DNA of 41,838 bases, from NCBI GenBank assembly GCA_001872685.1, contig MNWS01000079.1, positions 575-42,412 of the forward strand, read 5' to 3'. The stretch's first letter is position 1. Each line of letters begins with the position of its first letter. The stretch comes from Fidelibacterota bacterium CG1_02_48_14. GTDB taxonomy: Bacteria > Fidelibacterota > UBA8477. Positions 17,460 to 27,239 of this stretch are shown here, piece after piece. Position numbers and translations under genes: made by a program. Under the pieces are notes generated by a model. The model was not told the origin of the DNA, did not search any database, and saw only the letters and a program-made list of their open reading frames with translations.

Positions 17460-19826
17460 ATGATGCAGCGCTTCAACGAATTCGTGCTCAGGTTCCCCAA
17501 AAGTTTCATTCTGGCGATCGCGATTATCACACTTGGAATGGGATATGCGAGTCGGTCAATTCGGATGGAACCGGATGTCACCCAGGCGCTTCCTCAAAAA
17601 ATTCCTGCAAAAAGACTTTACGACAAAATGGGCGAGATATTCCCCAGCAAAGAATTTGTTTTTGTCGGTTTGTCCGGAACCAATTTGTTTCTGCCTGCAC
17701 ATCTCCAAACCGTTTGGGACCTTACGAATAAACTTGAACACGACAGCGCTGTCTATTCGGTGATTTCGCCCACCAATATTTCGGTTATCCAGGGTACAAG
17801 TGAAGGAATGGAGGTTCACGACATCCTTGCTTCGGCACCAAACACAGATGATCAAATCGCCAAATTCAAGCACGACTTATTAAATAGTGATTTAGCGCTG
17901 GGAAACCTTCTGGCGAAAGATGAAAGCGCATTTGGCATCATGATATTTTTAAAAAATACAGCCGATGTGAAGGAATATATCAAAGACCTGATTCCTGCCA
18001 TGGATCAATTCGACCAAAAGACGGATCTGGATTTACTCCTGACGGGTAAACCGATATTGAATTATTACGTGAGTTTGGGAATGCAGCGCGACATGGCCGT
18101 GTTCTTTATGTCAGGCATTGGCATTATCTTCATTCTACTTGCGTTTATTTTTCGAAACTTACGCGGCATTTTTCTACCTCTTTCTGTGGTGATTTTCGCA
18201 GTCATCTGGACGATGGGGGCGATGGCGATTTTGGGCAGACCTATGAGTCATGCTACGGAAATTATGCCCATTTTAATTATGGCTATTGCCGTCGCGGACA
18301 GTATTCACATCATCTCGCATTTTTACCACCATGTAAGTCTTACACCAGACCCGGTAGCCCGGACTATCACCCGGGCAACGATGACCGAAATGCTCTCGCC
18401 GGTGGTGATGACGTCATTAACAACCATGGCGGGATTTCTGGCTCTGGGTACGGTGGGCGCTGAGTCCATATCGGAACTGGGTTATTTCACTGCCTTTGGT
18501 GTTTTTTCGGCATTAATCATCAGCATTACCTGGATTCCGGCGTTCCTTGCCATTTTAAAAATTCCAAAACGCTATCGAGGTAAGGAAAGTCGACGCCACG
18601 CAGCCGATTGGGTGGAAAAGTGGGGATTTTTCCTGGTTCGTCGCCAAAAATGGCTCATGCCGTTTATCGTCCTCATGACCTTATTTTCAATCTGGGGTAT
18701 CTCCCGCTTGCAGCACAGTTTTTCATCGGTCGAAAATTTTCCGGTTGATCATCCGGTGCGATTTGCCAACGAAATTGTGAACGAGCATTTCGCCGGAACG
18801 ACCTCTTTTGACATTATGATCGAAGGCAGAGAACCCGGCGACATGAAGGATCCGGTGTTGTTGTCTCAATTGGATGAACTGAAGCAATTAGCGCTGAAGA
18901 TTGACCATGTTGGCAGCGTCCAGTCCTTGGCTGATTTCATCAAGCGCATCAATAAAGTTTTGCATGCGGATGACCCGGCATTTTATACCATTCCGCCGAT
19001 TGAAGCCAGAGTGACCGGCTCTGAATGGGTTGAGAAAAATGGTGGCTGGGTTGAAGTCTCCAAAGAGTACACGGTCTCCGGAGAAGAATTGGTTGCCCAG
19101 TATTTACAGCTATTTGAAATGTCCGGTAAGCCGCAGGACATGTCGAATTTGGTGGATTATCCGTATCGTCACGCCAAAGTCAGCATCATGATCAATTCGG
19201 ATAAACAATCGACCTTGCGAGCGATTGATCAGGAACTCACCACATACATCAACGAAAACATGAACCGGAATGAGAACATTTCGGCGGCAATCACCGGCAT
19301 GGCGAAACTTTTCCTGGTGGTGGATGATCTCATCGTCAAGGGGCAGATATGGAGTATTTTGACGTCACTCCTTTTGGTATGGGTCATCACCTGGGCGATG
19401 TTTCGATCGCCGACGGTTGGTCTTTTTAATACAATTCCGCTATTTTTTGCGTTGTTTTTAAATTTCGCTTTCATGGGATTTGCCGGCATTAATCTGAACC
19501 TTGAAACACTCACCATTTCCAGCATCGCCATTGGTGTCGGTGTGGATTACGCCATTCATTTTGTTCACCGGTATCGTATTAAGCTACGAGAAGGTCTTGA
19601 TTTTGATGCTGCGGTTCCGGCAACGATGCGTGAAGCCGGTCTGGCCATATTCTTCAATTCCATCACCGTCGCGGCCGGATTTTCGATAATTGCCATGTCA
19701 CAATTTGTCGCTATTATGGAAATGGGTGTCCTGATCACACTCACAATGCTCACCGCGGCCTTTGGTGCGTTAACCATTTTGCCGGGGGTCTTCCTCACAT
19801 TTAAACCCAAATCTTTAGCGCGCTGA
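17460..19826 (+). CDS. MMPL/RND-superfamily exporter (HpnN-like lipid transporter type)
   Basis: Two bundles of TM helices separated by large soluble loops. The GVGVDYAIHF motif is typical of MMPL proteins. The start was chosen at the ATGATG after the tetR stop. Confidence 0.85.
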   Translation: MMQRFNEFVLRFPKSFILAIAIITLGMGYASRSIRMEPDVTQALPQKIPAKRLYDKMGEIFPSKEFVFVGLSGTNLFLPAHLQTVWDLTNKLEHDSAVYSVISPTNISVIQGTSEGMEVHDILASAPNTDDQIAKFKHDLLNSDLALGNLLAKDESAFGIMIFLKNTADVKEYIKDLIPAMDQFDQKTDLDLLLTGKPILNYYVSLGMQRDMAVFFMSGIGIIFILLAFIFRNLRGIFLPLSVVIFAVIWTMGAMAILGRPMSHATEIMPILIMAIAVADSIHIISHFYHHVSLTPDPVARTITRATMTEMLSPVVMTSLTTMAGFLALGTVGAESISELGYFTAFGVFSALIISITWIPAFLAILKIPKRYRGKESRRHAADWVEKWGFFLVRRQKWLMPFIVLMTLFSIWGISRLQHSFSSVENFPVDHPVRFANEIVNEHFAGTTSFDIMIEGREPGDMKDPVLLSQLDELKQLALKIDHVGSVQSLADFIKRINKVLHADDPAFYTIPPIEARVTGSEWVEKNGGWVEVSKEYTVSGEELVAQYLQLFEMSGKPQDMSNLVDYPYRHAKVSIMINSDKQSTLRAIDQELTTYINENMNRNENISAAITGMAKLFLVVDDLIVKGQIWSILTSLLLVWVITWAMFRSPTVGLFNTIPLFFALFLNFAFMGFAGINLNLETLTISSIAIGVGVDYAIHFVHRYRIKLREGLDFDAAVPATMREAGLAIFFNSITVAAGFSIIAMSQFVAIMEMGVLITLTMLTAAFGALTILPGVFLTFKPKSLAR

Positions 19827-19836
19827 GGAGGTTTTC

Positions 19837-20622
19837 ATGCGACGCACATCGATCTGTATCGGGATATTATTTTTCATATTGACGGACTACGCCTGGATGC
19901 AGAACACCGGTTATGACATCATGGAACGGGCGTTGAAGCGTTCCAGTATCAAAACAATGCAGGCTGATCTTAAATTAGTTCTGGAAACTCGCACTGGTGA
20001 TACACGGGAACGGGAAATAGCGTTTTTCTCCAAAACCGATCCGTCCACTGACCTGACCAAAATGCTTATGAAATTTGTTTATCCCAAGGATGTGAGGGGG
20101 ACGGGATTTTTAACCATTGAACATGCGGACCGGGCTGATGACAGATTTTTGTACCTGCCGGCGTTACGCCAGATTAAAAAAATCGCCAGTAGTGGCAGCG
20201 GCGGGAACTTCATGTCCAGTGATTTCACCTATTATGACATTGGCACACCTGAATTGGAGGACTGGACCTATCGTCTTTTGGGTGAAGAAACGAGGAACAG
20301 GCGACTGTCATTCATGATCGAAGCCCTGCCAAAGTCCCAGCAGGTTTTGGATGAAACAGGGTATAGCAAAATCATTCGATGGGTTGATCAGACTGATTTA
20401 AGCATGTTTCATTCTGAATATTATGACAAATCCGGTGAGTTGAAAAAGAAGCTGGATGTTGAAAAATTTACCCTGATTAATGGCGTTCCATTCGCCACTG
20501 ATATGGTGATGCAGGATGTGATTATTGAACATACGAGTCGGATGACATTCGAAGATTTGGAGATAGATATTCCCATTTCCGACGACTTTTTCACACCCCG
20601 TTACCTGCAGCGAGAACAATAG
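19837..20622 (+). CDS. LolA-like 'outer membrane lipoprotein-sorting' family protein
   Basis: GAGGAGG RBS and a signal peptide. It is about 260 aa and sits directly after an MMPL gene, as is usual for this family. The N-terminal YDIMERALKR...TMQADLKLVL pattern is present. Confidence 0.65.
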   Translation: MRRTSICIGILFFILTDYAWMQNTGYDIMERALKRSSIKTMQADLKLVLETRTGDTREREIAFFSKTDPSTDLTKMLMKFVYPKDVRGTGFLTIEHADRADDRFLYLPALRQIKKIASSGSGGNFMSSDFTYYDIGTPELEDWTYRLLGEETRNRRLSFMIEALPKSQQVLDETGYSKIIRWVDQTDLSMFHSEYYDKSGELKKKLDVEKFTLINGVPFATDMVMQDVIIEHTSRMTFEDLEIDIPISDDFFTPRYLQREQ

Positions 20623-20624
20623 AT

Positions 20625-21854
20625 ATGCTCCGGATACTCACCGGTGGATTGATCTTGCTTGGGTTGACATTCTCAGGCGTTCGGGGAGAACTGGATATTG
20701 CGGGACGCTTGAAGACATTTAGCGCGATCAATCCAAATGATGTGTATAGATGGGACAAACTGTACAGCCAGGTGCAGTTGAATTTTTCCGGTCGCACGGG
20801 AGATCGGGTTGGGTATCGGGCAGATTTCGTCGCTCGATATGATTACCTATCGGACCAGGGCGCAACCGCGCCACGATCCACAGGATTGGCCATTTATCCA
20901 GCCGAAATGTATTTGGATTACTACGGGAAATGGTTGGACGTGCGCATCGGCCAGCAATATCTGTTTTGGGGGCGCGCTGACTGGGTGAATCCCACTGATG
21001 TGTTTAATCCCTGGGACTATACCAACATGTCCTCCGACATTGAGGACTATCGAATTCCGATTCCCGCAGTAAAAGCGTCGATTTATCCGGTGTGGGGGCA
21101 TTTGGAAGTGATCTACGCGCCACGGTTGATTCCGGATAAATTGCCCGTTCCCTTTTCACCTTCCGTGGCTGACAACCGCCTGGCCATGGGACAATCTGGT
21201 GTGCGTTTCGCTCGGGATTTGAGCATCGTTGGCTGGTCGGTGTATGGCTATCATGGGTGGCGAAAAAAGGCAGAACTTGAAGAAACCATTCTGACCTCGG
21301 ACGACAGAATTGTACAAGTATTCAGGTTTCATAGTCTGGATATGGTTGGCGCTGATTTTATTTTCACGGGTGAAAAATGGGCATTCAAGGGTGAGGGGTC
21401 CTTCAATTTTTCAGATGACAGAAGTGGGGACAATCCAACGATAATCAATGATAATTTCTTTGGCACATTCGGTGGAGACTGGATTCCCAACGACAAGTTT
21501 TCATTGAACCTGCAGGGGAGTGTAAGACATTATTTTAATTACGATAAAGCGTCAGAATCCCAGAGGCTTCTCCAACTCAATCTCCAGCATTTCATACCGG
21601 TTTACGAAACAACCGGTTATTCCGTTTCAAATGTCATTCGCTATAAAGTCACCAACTTTATCAATCTTCAAAGTGTGGCCGTGTTGAACCTGGCCGATCG
21701 GGATTGGTTCTGGTTACCGTTCCTTTCATGGGAGATGGCGGATGCGACTCATCTCACCCTTGGCGGTCTATTCTTTGATGGTCCCACAGGTTCTGATTTT
21801 GGCAATAGTGCCGGTGCGGATGAGGTGTTTTTGCAGTTGAGTACCTCATTCTAA
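20625..21854 (+). CDS. Predicted outer-membrane beta-barrel protein (function unknown)
   Basis: Signal peptide MLRILTGGLILLGLTFSG. The sequence is rich in alternating aromatic/Gly beta-strand patterns and ends in a C-terminal Phe (LQLSTSF). It starts 2 nt after the previous stop. Confidence 0.55.
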   Translation: MLRILTGGLILLGLTFSGVRGELDIAGRLKTFSAINPNDVYRWDKLYSQVQLNFSGRTGDRVGYRADFVARYDYLSDQGATAPRSTGLAIYPAEMYLDYYGKWLDVRIGQQYLFWGRADWVNPTDVFNPWDYTNMSSDIEDYRIPIPAVKASIYPVWGHLEVIYAPRLIPDKLPVPFSPSVADNRLAMGQSGVRFARDLSIVGWSVYGYHGWRKKAELEETILTSDDRIVQVFRFHSLDMVGADFIFTGEKWAFKGEGSFNFSDDRSGDNPTIINDNFFGTFGGDWIPNDKFSLNLQGSVRHYFNYDKASESQRLLQLNLQHFIPVYETTGYSVSNVIRYKVTNFINLQSVAVLNLADRDWFWLPFLSWEMADATHLTLGGLFFDGPTGSDFGNSAGADEVFLQLSTSF

Positions 21855-22007
21855 CCCCTGTTAAATCGCGTGATTTATCAGACTCTCGCAATTTTTCTTT
21901 TACTTGCCAATATTTTTCTGCTGATCTACATTGGCGCGTCTCAAGCGTGCAACAAATGCTCACCGGGGGAGTAACAGGAACCAAACAATCCGGAAATTAT
22001 CAGGCGA

Positions 22008-24338
22008 ATGACGAACCCCCTAGAAATTTGGGATGAATTAAAAGAAAGACGCTTCTTTCCCATTCTTGCCGCATACTTCGGTGGTGGATGGGTATTTCTG
22101 GAATTTTTCGGATTTGTTGTTGACACGCTCCACCTAGCACCATCGCTTAAACTTACTGCCTTAACCCTGCTTGCTGCCTTCGTACCCACTGCGGGAGTGA
22201 TCGCCTATTTTCACGGAAGACCGGGTAAAGACCCCATCACCAAAACCGAAAAAATATTTATCCCCCTCAATGTCTTGGCGGTATTTCTCGTACTTACTTT
22301 TATGCCACCAGGCTCAGTTTCTTCCACGCCGACAACCACCGACGCTTCTGTTATGCGTGTGAAGTACGAAGATGATAGTGGTAGTATCACGGAGCGGACA
22401 TTGGTTCGACCACAATTCCAGACACCCCTCATGCTCTATTTATTCCAGAATAATACGGGGGATTCTGCCAATGACTGGCTTGAATTCTGGTTCATAGACG
22501 GACTGCTGGAGGATTTAAATCAGAACAATTATCTGACCTTCAGTAACCAATACATCAATCAGGGAGCTATTAGCAGACTTGAAATGGAGCGACCAAGTAC
22601 GGTGCCACTTTCCATACAACTAAAATGGGCTCAGGACGCGGGTTCCAAGTACCTCATTAATGGCGATTTTCGAAAAGAGGGCGAGTTATGGCAGGTCCGG
22701 GCACGGGTTTACGATGTGAAGCAGGGGAAAATCCTACTCGATCAGAATATTGTGGACACCAGCGTTATTGAAATTATCGACCTGTTATCAGTGCCCATAA
22801 AACGAGCCATCAATTTGTCGGAAAAACAGATTAATGCGTTTCAGGATTTACCGGTTAGAGAACTCACGAGCTACAATGTGGAAGCGATCGAGTCCTACAG
22901 CGAATATTGGTGCTCAGTGACGTGGAAAGACGATGCTGAACAGGCATTGGTGGACATCAAAGCCGCTGTGACTGCCGATCCGACATTCGCGTTGGCTCAA
23001 TTTTTGGCCTGGCAACATTGTTTCAAATTAAATCGTCCTGACTGGGTGGACCATCTCGAAGCCGCTATGCGTTTCAAAGATCGGTTAAGCGACAATAATC
23101 GTCAGTTGTTGGAATATTACTATTTTTTAGTCCTGGGTAATGACGAAGCGGCTGATCATGCTTTGAGCCGCTGGATCGCGCTGGCGCCGAACAATCCCCA
23201 ACCCTATTTATTCAGAGCTCAGCAGTTCAATCGTGATGGCAAGCGTCAGGAGGCGTTGGCAAATTTGATACGCGTGAATCAAATGAACCCGGAGAACGAG
23301 GAAGCGCTGGATGCTCTCAGCAGGATTAGCCTGGAATTGGGACGGACGGACGATGCTTTGGGCTATGCCAATCAGTTTATTAATGACCATCCGGGTCGGG
23401 ATCTGGGCTATTTGCTGAAGGGCAACGCGCTTCGGGCGACAGGTGATTATGCCGGAGCACTGCATGCTTATGAACAAGCTTATGGTAACGATCCGCGCCA
23501 AATCGCTAATTGGATTGCAGTAGCCAGGGAAAAAGCGCGTCAGGGAAATATTCAAATTGTCGTAAAACAGACTGAAACCATGCTGGATCAACGCAGCGCG
23601 GTGCGTGATCAGGTCCAACTTTACCGGTTGTTATACGATCTGGAGAAAGATCAGGGACATTTTATTGATGCCGTTAAGGTTTATCGCGAGATGATGGCGT
23701 TAGGCCGAAATACGATGATGCCGATCAATTACTTCGTGACCTGGATACCTCTGATTCAGGATTTAGCGAGGATGAATTTCGACAACGAAGCCAATTTCAT
23801 CGTGAATACGATGGAGAAAAACCTCAAAATACTGGGTAATGAGATTACGGTTCTGGCCAAATTCGCATTTTATCTCCAAAAAGATGAGCCAGACAGTCTG
23901 GAGCGATATTGGACGACCTGGACGGGTATTCCCGGTTATAAAAATGTCGTTATTCAATACACGGTAGATTTCGATCTGTATGCTCAAGCCAGGATTTGTT
24001 ACTTGCGGAAAGATTATTCCAGCGCAAAAGTTTACCTGGATAGATTGCGGCAAATTTCAACGACCAATTTTTTGGTAGAGGAAGCTGAAATGCGGATCAA
24101 GATGGGGGAGCATGAACAAGGCCAAAATTTACTGGAAACGCATCTGGTTCTGAACCCTCAAGACATGCAGGCCTATTACACCTTAGCTGAATCCTACATT
24201 GCCCGGGGCGAGACCGAACAAGCCAAGCAAGTTGTTACCGTCTTAAATCAGTTGATGAAATCAGCGGACGACATTCTACCAGTTGTCACGGCAACGAGGG
24301 AACTTCAGACCCATCTTGGGTCACCCCAATCTTCCTGA
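22008..24338 (+). CDS. Membrane-anchored TPR-repeat protein with a TolB-N-like juxtamembrane module
   Basis: The N-terminal ELKERRFFPILAAYFGGGWVFLEF motif plus a second TM helix. The C-terminal half contains multiple TPR-like A..Y..AL..DP repeats. Confidence 0.6.
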   Translation: MTNPLEIWDELKERRFFPILAAYFGGGWVFLEFFGFVVDTLHLAPSLKLTALTLLAAFVPTAGVIAYFHGRPGKDPITKTEKIFIPLNVLAVFLVLTFMPPGSVSSTPTTTDASVMRVKYEDDSGSITERTLVRPQFQTPLMLYLFQNNTGDSANDWLEFWFIDGLLEDLNQNNYLTFSNQYINQGAISRLEMERPSTVPLSIQLKWAQDAGSKYLINGDFRKEGELWQVRARVYDVKQGKILLDQNIVDTSVIEIIDLLSVPIKRAINLSEKQINAFQDLPVRELTSYNVEAIESYSEYWCSVTWKDDAEQALVDIKAAVTADPTFALAQFLAWQHCFKLNRPDWVDHLEAAMRFKDRLSDNNRQLLEYYYFLVLGNDEAADHALSRWIALAPNNPQPYLFRAQQFNRDGKRQEALANLIRVNQMNPENEEALDALSRISLELGRTDDALGYANQFINDHPGRDLGYLLKGNALRATGDYAGALHAYEQAYGNDPRQIANWIAVAREKARQGNIQIVVKQTETMLDQRSAVRDQVQLYRLLYDLEKDQGHFIDAVKVYREMMALGRNTMMPINYFVTWIPLIQDLARMNFDNEANFIVNTMEKNLKILGNEITVLAKFAFYLQKDEPDSLERYWTTWTGIPGYKNVVIQYTVDFDLYAQARICYLRKDYSSAKVYLDRLRQISTTNFLVEEAEMRIKMGEHEQGQNLLETHLVLNPQDMQAYYTLAESYIARGETEQAKQVVTVLNQLMKSADDILPVVTATRELQTHLGSPQSS

Positions 24339-24397
24339 TTATTATTTTTTTAAAAAAAGATTACCGAACAGAAATTTGGTGATACGGCTTATTCGAG

Positions 24398-25306
24398 CTA
24401 TGGATTCGGCGCAATCCGAACCTGATTACGACCGGAAGTTTTTGCTTCGTAAAGTGCTTTATCTGCCTCCTTGAGCAACTGGTCGCCATTTTCACCCTGG
24501 ATGGGAAATTCCGCAAGTCCGGCGCTAAAAGAAATATAGATAGGCGTATTATTTTGATTGTCGGCGATCGTGTGCAATGGATTGTTCGCCAGTTGCTCCA
24601 AAAGTCGTTCCAGCGTTGCCTTGGAGCCCTGCATCTCCGAATTGATAAACAGGACAACGATCTCTTCACCACCATAACGAATGACATAATCCGATGCCCT
24701 GACCGTTTCCAAAATCACCTTAGCGAAATTCTCCAGAATGATGTCCCCCACCTGATGGCCGTAGGTATCATTCACAAATTTGAAATGGTCAATATCCAAA
24801 ATTCCAATGATCATTTTTTGGTCATGGCGCTGATGAAAACTAAGTTGACGAGGCAATTCCTGGTCGAGGAATCTACGATTATAAAGATTGGTCATGGGAT
24901 CACGATAGATGTCCTGTTGGATGACATCGAGTCGTTTAAACATCCCGGTGATTTTGGCGATCAGCTCGGGGAAATGAAGTGGTTTTTCCAGATAATCGTC
25001 CGCACCACTCAGATAGGCGCTGATTTTGTCTTGATGGTCTTTGGAAGCTGAGACGAAAATAAACGGAATCTGTCTGAATCTCGGGTTGCTCTTGATGGTA
25101 GCCAGAATATCCATACCCGGTACTGGCATCACCAGGTCACAGATGACTAAATCGGGTCTAAATTGTCCGGCACCTGGATTAATTGCCTCATCTGAAGTGA
25201 TGCCCTCAACTTCAAAACCTGCAGAGGTCAGATGGTATTTTAAAATCGAAATGAAATTTGCATCGTCTTCAATGAGAATGATCCGACGCGGTCTGTCCAA
25301 ATCCAT
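24398..25306 (-). CDS. Response regulator receiver fused to a GGDEF diguanylate cyclase (PleD/WspR-like)
   Basis: Receiver motifs (IILIEDD, LVICDLVMP, KP). Active-site GGEEI, with the RASD I-site five residues upstream. Confidence 0.9.
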   Translation of the reverse strand: MDLDRPRRIILIEDDANFISILKYHLTSAGFEVEGITSDEAINPGAGQFRPDLVICDLVMPVPGMDILATIKSNPRFRQIPFIFVSASKDHQDKISAYLSGADDYLEKPLHFPELIAKITGMFKRLDVIQQDIYRDPMTNLYNRRFLDQELPRQLSFHQRHDQKMIIGILDIDHFKFVNDTYGHQVGDIILENFAKVILETVRASDYVIRYGGEEIVVLFINSEMQGSKATLERLLEQLANNPLHTIADNQNNTPIYISFSAGLAEFPIQGENGDQLLKEADKALYEAKTSGRNQVRIAPNP

Positions 25307-25376
25307 ACCAGTCGTCCCCTACAGCCGGTAAATAATCGCTGGAAACTCTTCCCCCGGCTGTAATGCTCGGTGCAGG

Positions 25377-25664
25377 TTAAAGTGTTACTTCGCCCAAAAA
25401 TTCAATTAATTTCGGCAACCGGTCCAAAAGAATATCCTGTGCTCCCTCGATCGCGGCTTTCTCTATATCAGCGCCTAATTCAGAAATGCGTTGGAATCCA
25501 AAGCTCGTTCCATTACCCTTTAGATTATGGCCGAAGGTTCTGACTGGTTCGAAATTCCCCGCTTGTGCACTGGCCAAATTCTCTGGTGCTTTTGCACGAA
25601 GGTCATCCAGGTATTCACGCCGAATAATGATGAATTCAGGGTCGTTTAAATAATCTTCTGTCAT
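25377..25664 (-). CDS. Stand-alone histidine phosphotransfer (Hpt) protein
   Basis: A 95-aa helical protein with the HNLKGNG phosphohistidine motif. It is upstream of, and on the same strand as, the REC-GGDEF gene. Confidence 0.8.
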   Translation of the reverse strand: MTEDYLNDPEFIIIRREYLDDLRAKAPENLASAQAGNFEPVRTFGHNLKGNGTSFGFQRISELGADIEKAAIEGAQDILLDRLPKLIEFLGEVTL

Positions 25665-25730
25665 GGCCGAATGTAAGATTCATCCTTCAGGAACGGAATA
25701 CTTTCTTAGTGGGAAGGACATTGCGATAGA

Positions 25731-27119
25731 ATGATCACAAATGCCAAGCTACTCATCGTGGAAGATGACCTGCAGATGCAGCGTGTTTACCAATATTTTC
25801 TGTCTGAAATAAATGGTCTCCAAGTGGCATTTGAAACAAAGGCAGACGCAATCTTAACAAGCGTGGAGTCGTTCAAACCCGATGTTCTGATCCTTGATTT
25901 ATCCCTGGGTGGACAATCGGTTCACTCTCTTATTCAAACTTTCACCCATCAGAGCAAAATCCCTCAAATCATTGTGCTAACAGCAGATGAATCGGTGGCA
26001 GTTGCTGTGCATGCAATGCGCTCCGGTGCATTCAACTATCTCGTGAAACCGATTGAAAAAGAGGCGTTCCTGGTGGCTGTGGATCACGCACTTGAATATG
26101 TCGAATCGATCAAAGAGTTAATGCACTTACGCCAGCGCAGCTCGCCTGAAAAACAGTTTCCAAATATCATAACTCATTCACCGGCGATGCAGAATGTCTT
26201 ACGACTTGTTGGGGATTTAGCCAAAACGGATTTCTCAGTCTTAATTCAGGGCGAAAATGGTACCGGCAAAGAATTGATTGCCCGGGCACTCCATCAGAAT
26301 AGCCGCCGGGCAAGCCGCCCTTTCGTTGCCATAAATTGTGCTGCACTGCCCGACAGTTTGGTGGAAAGTGAACTCTTTGGATATGAAAAAGGAGCGTTTA
26401 CCGGAGCCGGTCAGCGCCATTTGGGCAAATTTGAGCAAGCCAATGGGGGAACCATTTTTCTGGATGAAATCGGCGATATGGGCATCCTTGCCCAGTCACG
26501 ATTATTACGGGTGCTGCAGGAATCAGAAATTTATCGTTTGGGTGGGAATGAATCGATCAAGGTTGATGTCAGAGTCATTGCCGCAACGAACAAAAACCTG
26601 AAAGAGGCAATCCAATCAGGGCAATTCCGGGAAGATCTCTATTACCGACTTTCGGTCTTTCCGGTGACGATTCCTCCCTTGCGAGAACGGCGGGAGGACA
26701 TCATCGATTTGCTCCAATATTTTCTTGAGAATTACCGCCGGGAAGATCAGCCTGTTATTCACGATTTTAGCCATTCAGCGATAGAATTATTAAAGGGTTA
26801 CAATTGGCCGGGAAATATTCGGGAGCTGCAAAATATCTCGCGCCGTCTGTTGCTGACGATAGAAAACGAAGTTGTGAAAGCGGATGATCTACCCATGGAA
26901 TTCAGACTAAAAACTGAACTTGCCGAACATCGAACGTCACTGGTTACAGACGACAGATTAGCCCCCCTGACAGAGATCGAACGCGATGCAATTATGCGAA
27001 CGCTGAACTACACGCACCACCAAATCGTAGCGGCGGCGAAAATTCTGGGAATTGGCCGGAGTACGCTGTACCGGAAAATGGCCACCTACGGTATACATTT
27101 GCCTGATTCTGAAGCTTGA
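25731..27119 (+). CDS. Sigma-54-dependent response regulator (NtrC/PilR-type: REC + AAA+ + Fis HTH)
   Basis: Canonical receiver residues (VEDD, LILDLSL, VLTAD, LVKP). Also GENGTGKE, ESELFGYEKGAFTGA and the C-terminal GIGRSTLYRKM. Confidence 0.92.
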   Translation: MITNAKLLIVEDDLQMQRVYQYFLSEINGLQVAFETKADAILTSVESFKPDVLILDLSLGGQSVHSLIQTFTHQSKIPQIIVLTADESVAVAVHAMRSGAFNYLVKPIEKEAFLVAVDHALEYVESIKELMHLRQRSSPEKQFPNIITHSPAMQNVLRLVGDLAKTDFSVLIQGENGTGKELIARALHQNSRRASRPFVAINCAALPDSLVESELFGYEKGAFTGAGQRHLGKFEQANGGTIFLDEIGDMGILAQSRLLRVLQESEIYRLGGNESIKVDVRVIAATNKNLKEAIQSGQFREDLYYRLSVFPVTIPPLRERREDIIDLLQYFLENYRREDQPVIHDFSHSAIELLKGYNWPGNIRELQNISRRLLLTIENEVVKADDLPMEFRLKTELAEHRTSLVTDDRLAPLTEIERDAIMRTLNYTHHQIVAAAKILGIGRSTLYRKMATYGIHLPDSEA

Positions 27120-27239
27120 ATACAGCCACTAAATGCGATATCAGTATGAAATTAAGGTATTTAATTCATGCGTTTCATGTTTTACTTTACCAGACGGGCA
27201 GATGACTACCGCAATACCAACGTCTAGGAGATTTGTCCA

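Noticed and set aside
21932-21947. A sigma-54-like element, TGGCGC-N5-AAGCG, upstream of the TPR gene
   Set aside because: The GG-N10-GC spacing is correct, but the -12 element lacks the conserved TT (AAGC instead of TTGC). This is too weak to call without a position weight matrix score or expression data.
24345-24365. A T7A7 A/T palindrome (TTTTTTTAAAAAAA) between the convergent TPR and GGDEF genes, considered as a bidirectional terminator
   Set aside because: The stem would be A/T only, with no GC clamp, so it is not a credible intrinsic terminator. It is more likely just an AT-rich convergent spacer.
25320-25362. A 9-bp inverted repeat, TACAGCCGG ... CCGGCTGTA, with a 25-nt spacer between the Hpt and REC-GGDEF genes
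   Set aside because: The repeat is real, but it is a single hairpin in a 70-nt intra-operon spacer with no T-run or other context. There is too little to assign a function.
27134-27205. A 23-codon ORF in the gap between the sigma-54 regulator and the ExeA-like gene
   Set aside because: It has no RBS, it ends well before the next gene, and nothing in it is recognisable.
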